A stretch of 25,473 bases of DNA from a virus (lineage: Duplodnaviria > Caudoviricetes): IMG/VR virus record IMGVR_UViG_3300033067_000311, positions 1 through 25,473 of that record; one strand, given 5' to 3'. Position numbers and translations under genes: made by a program. This document shows, one piece after another, positions 25,445-25,473 of this stretch (positions within the stretch are counted from its first letter, which is position 1; every line of letters starts with the position of its first letter). The notes beneath the pieces were generated by a model, which worked only from the letters and a program-made list of their open reading frames with translations, was not told the DNA's origin and did not search any database.

Positions 25445-25473
25445 CAGCACAGCTATTGAGGGTCGGGCATCAG
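25393..25473 (-). mobile_element. integron attC-like recombination site 2 (truncated by window edge)
   Basis: + strand GCACAAC GCTAGGGCTATGCCGCCCTCAA ... TTGAGGGTCGGGCATCAG. Shares AACGCTAGGGCT with site 1, and the arms pair with the same three bulges. Confidence 0.75.
25434..25473 (+). CDS. probable start of next cassette gene (partial)
   Basis: ATG 25434 lies in the attC2 loop just before the TAA of the previous gene and reads MGSNSTAIEGRAS, open to the edge. Same layout as attC1. Confidence 0.45.
   Translation, partial: MGSNSTAIEGRAS

Overview
This window is about 25 kb of a GC-rich tailed phage or prophage genome with a podovirus-type (P22/T7-like short tail) morphogenesis module, almost all on the + strand. 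Gene order: end of a secreted-type protein, small lipoprotein, tail fibre, terminase large subunit, portal, scaffold, major capsid, adaptor, nozzle, GNAT-like protein, four ejection/internal virion proteins (one with a 3D muralytic domain, one of 1955 aa) and a CHAP endolysin. An AT-rich divergent control region follows, with four GGAT-N3-ATCC operator-like boxes, a broken leftward XRE-like gene, a G9 tract inside a promoter spacer, and RHH and excisionase-like regulators. After that comes an early/replication region. Sequence style (SD-less CCATG starts, an SxDLxxW...FFR C-terminal motif) hints at a Verrucomicrobia host; this is inference. The most striking observation is at the right end. 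Two integron attC-like sites (25002-25097 and 25393 to the window edge) show covarying arms, three identically placed extrahelical bases and complementary GTTGTGC/GCACAAC core boxes. They delimit a 391-bp cassette whose phage-type gene runs antisense to the attC polarity and takes its start and stop codons from inside the attC loops. This suggests a phage-borne, translationally coupled gene-cassette array. No integrase is visible in the window. All product calls come from motif recognition and synteny; no database search was run.
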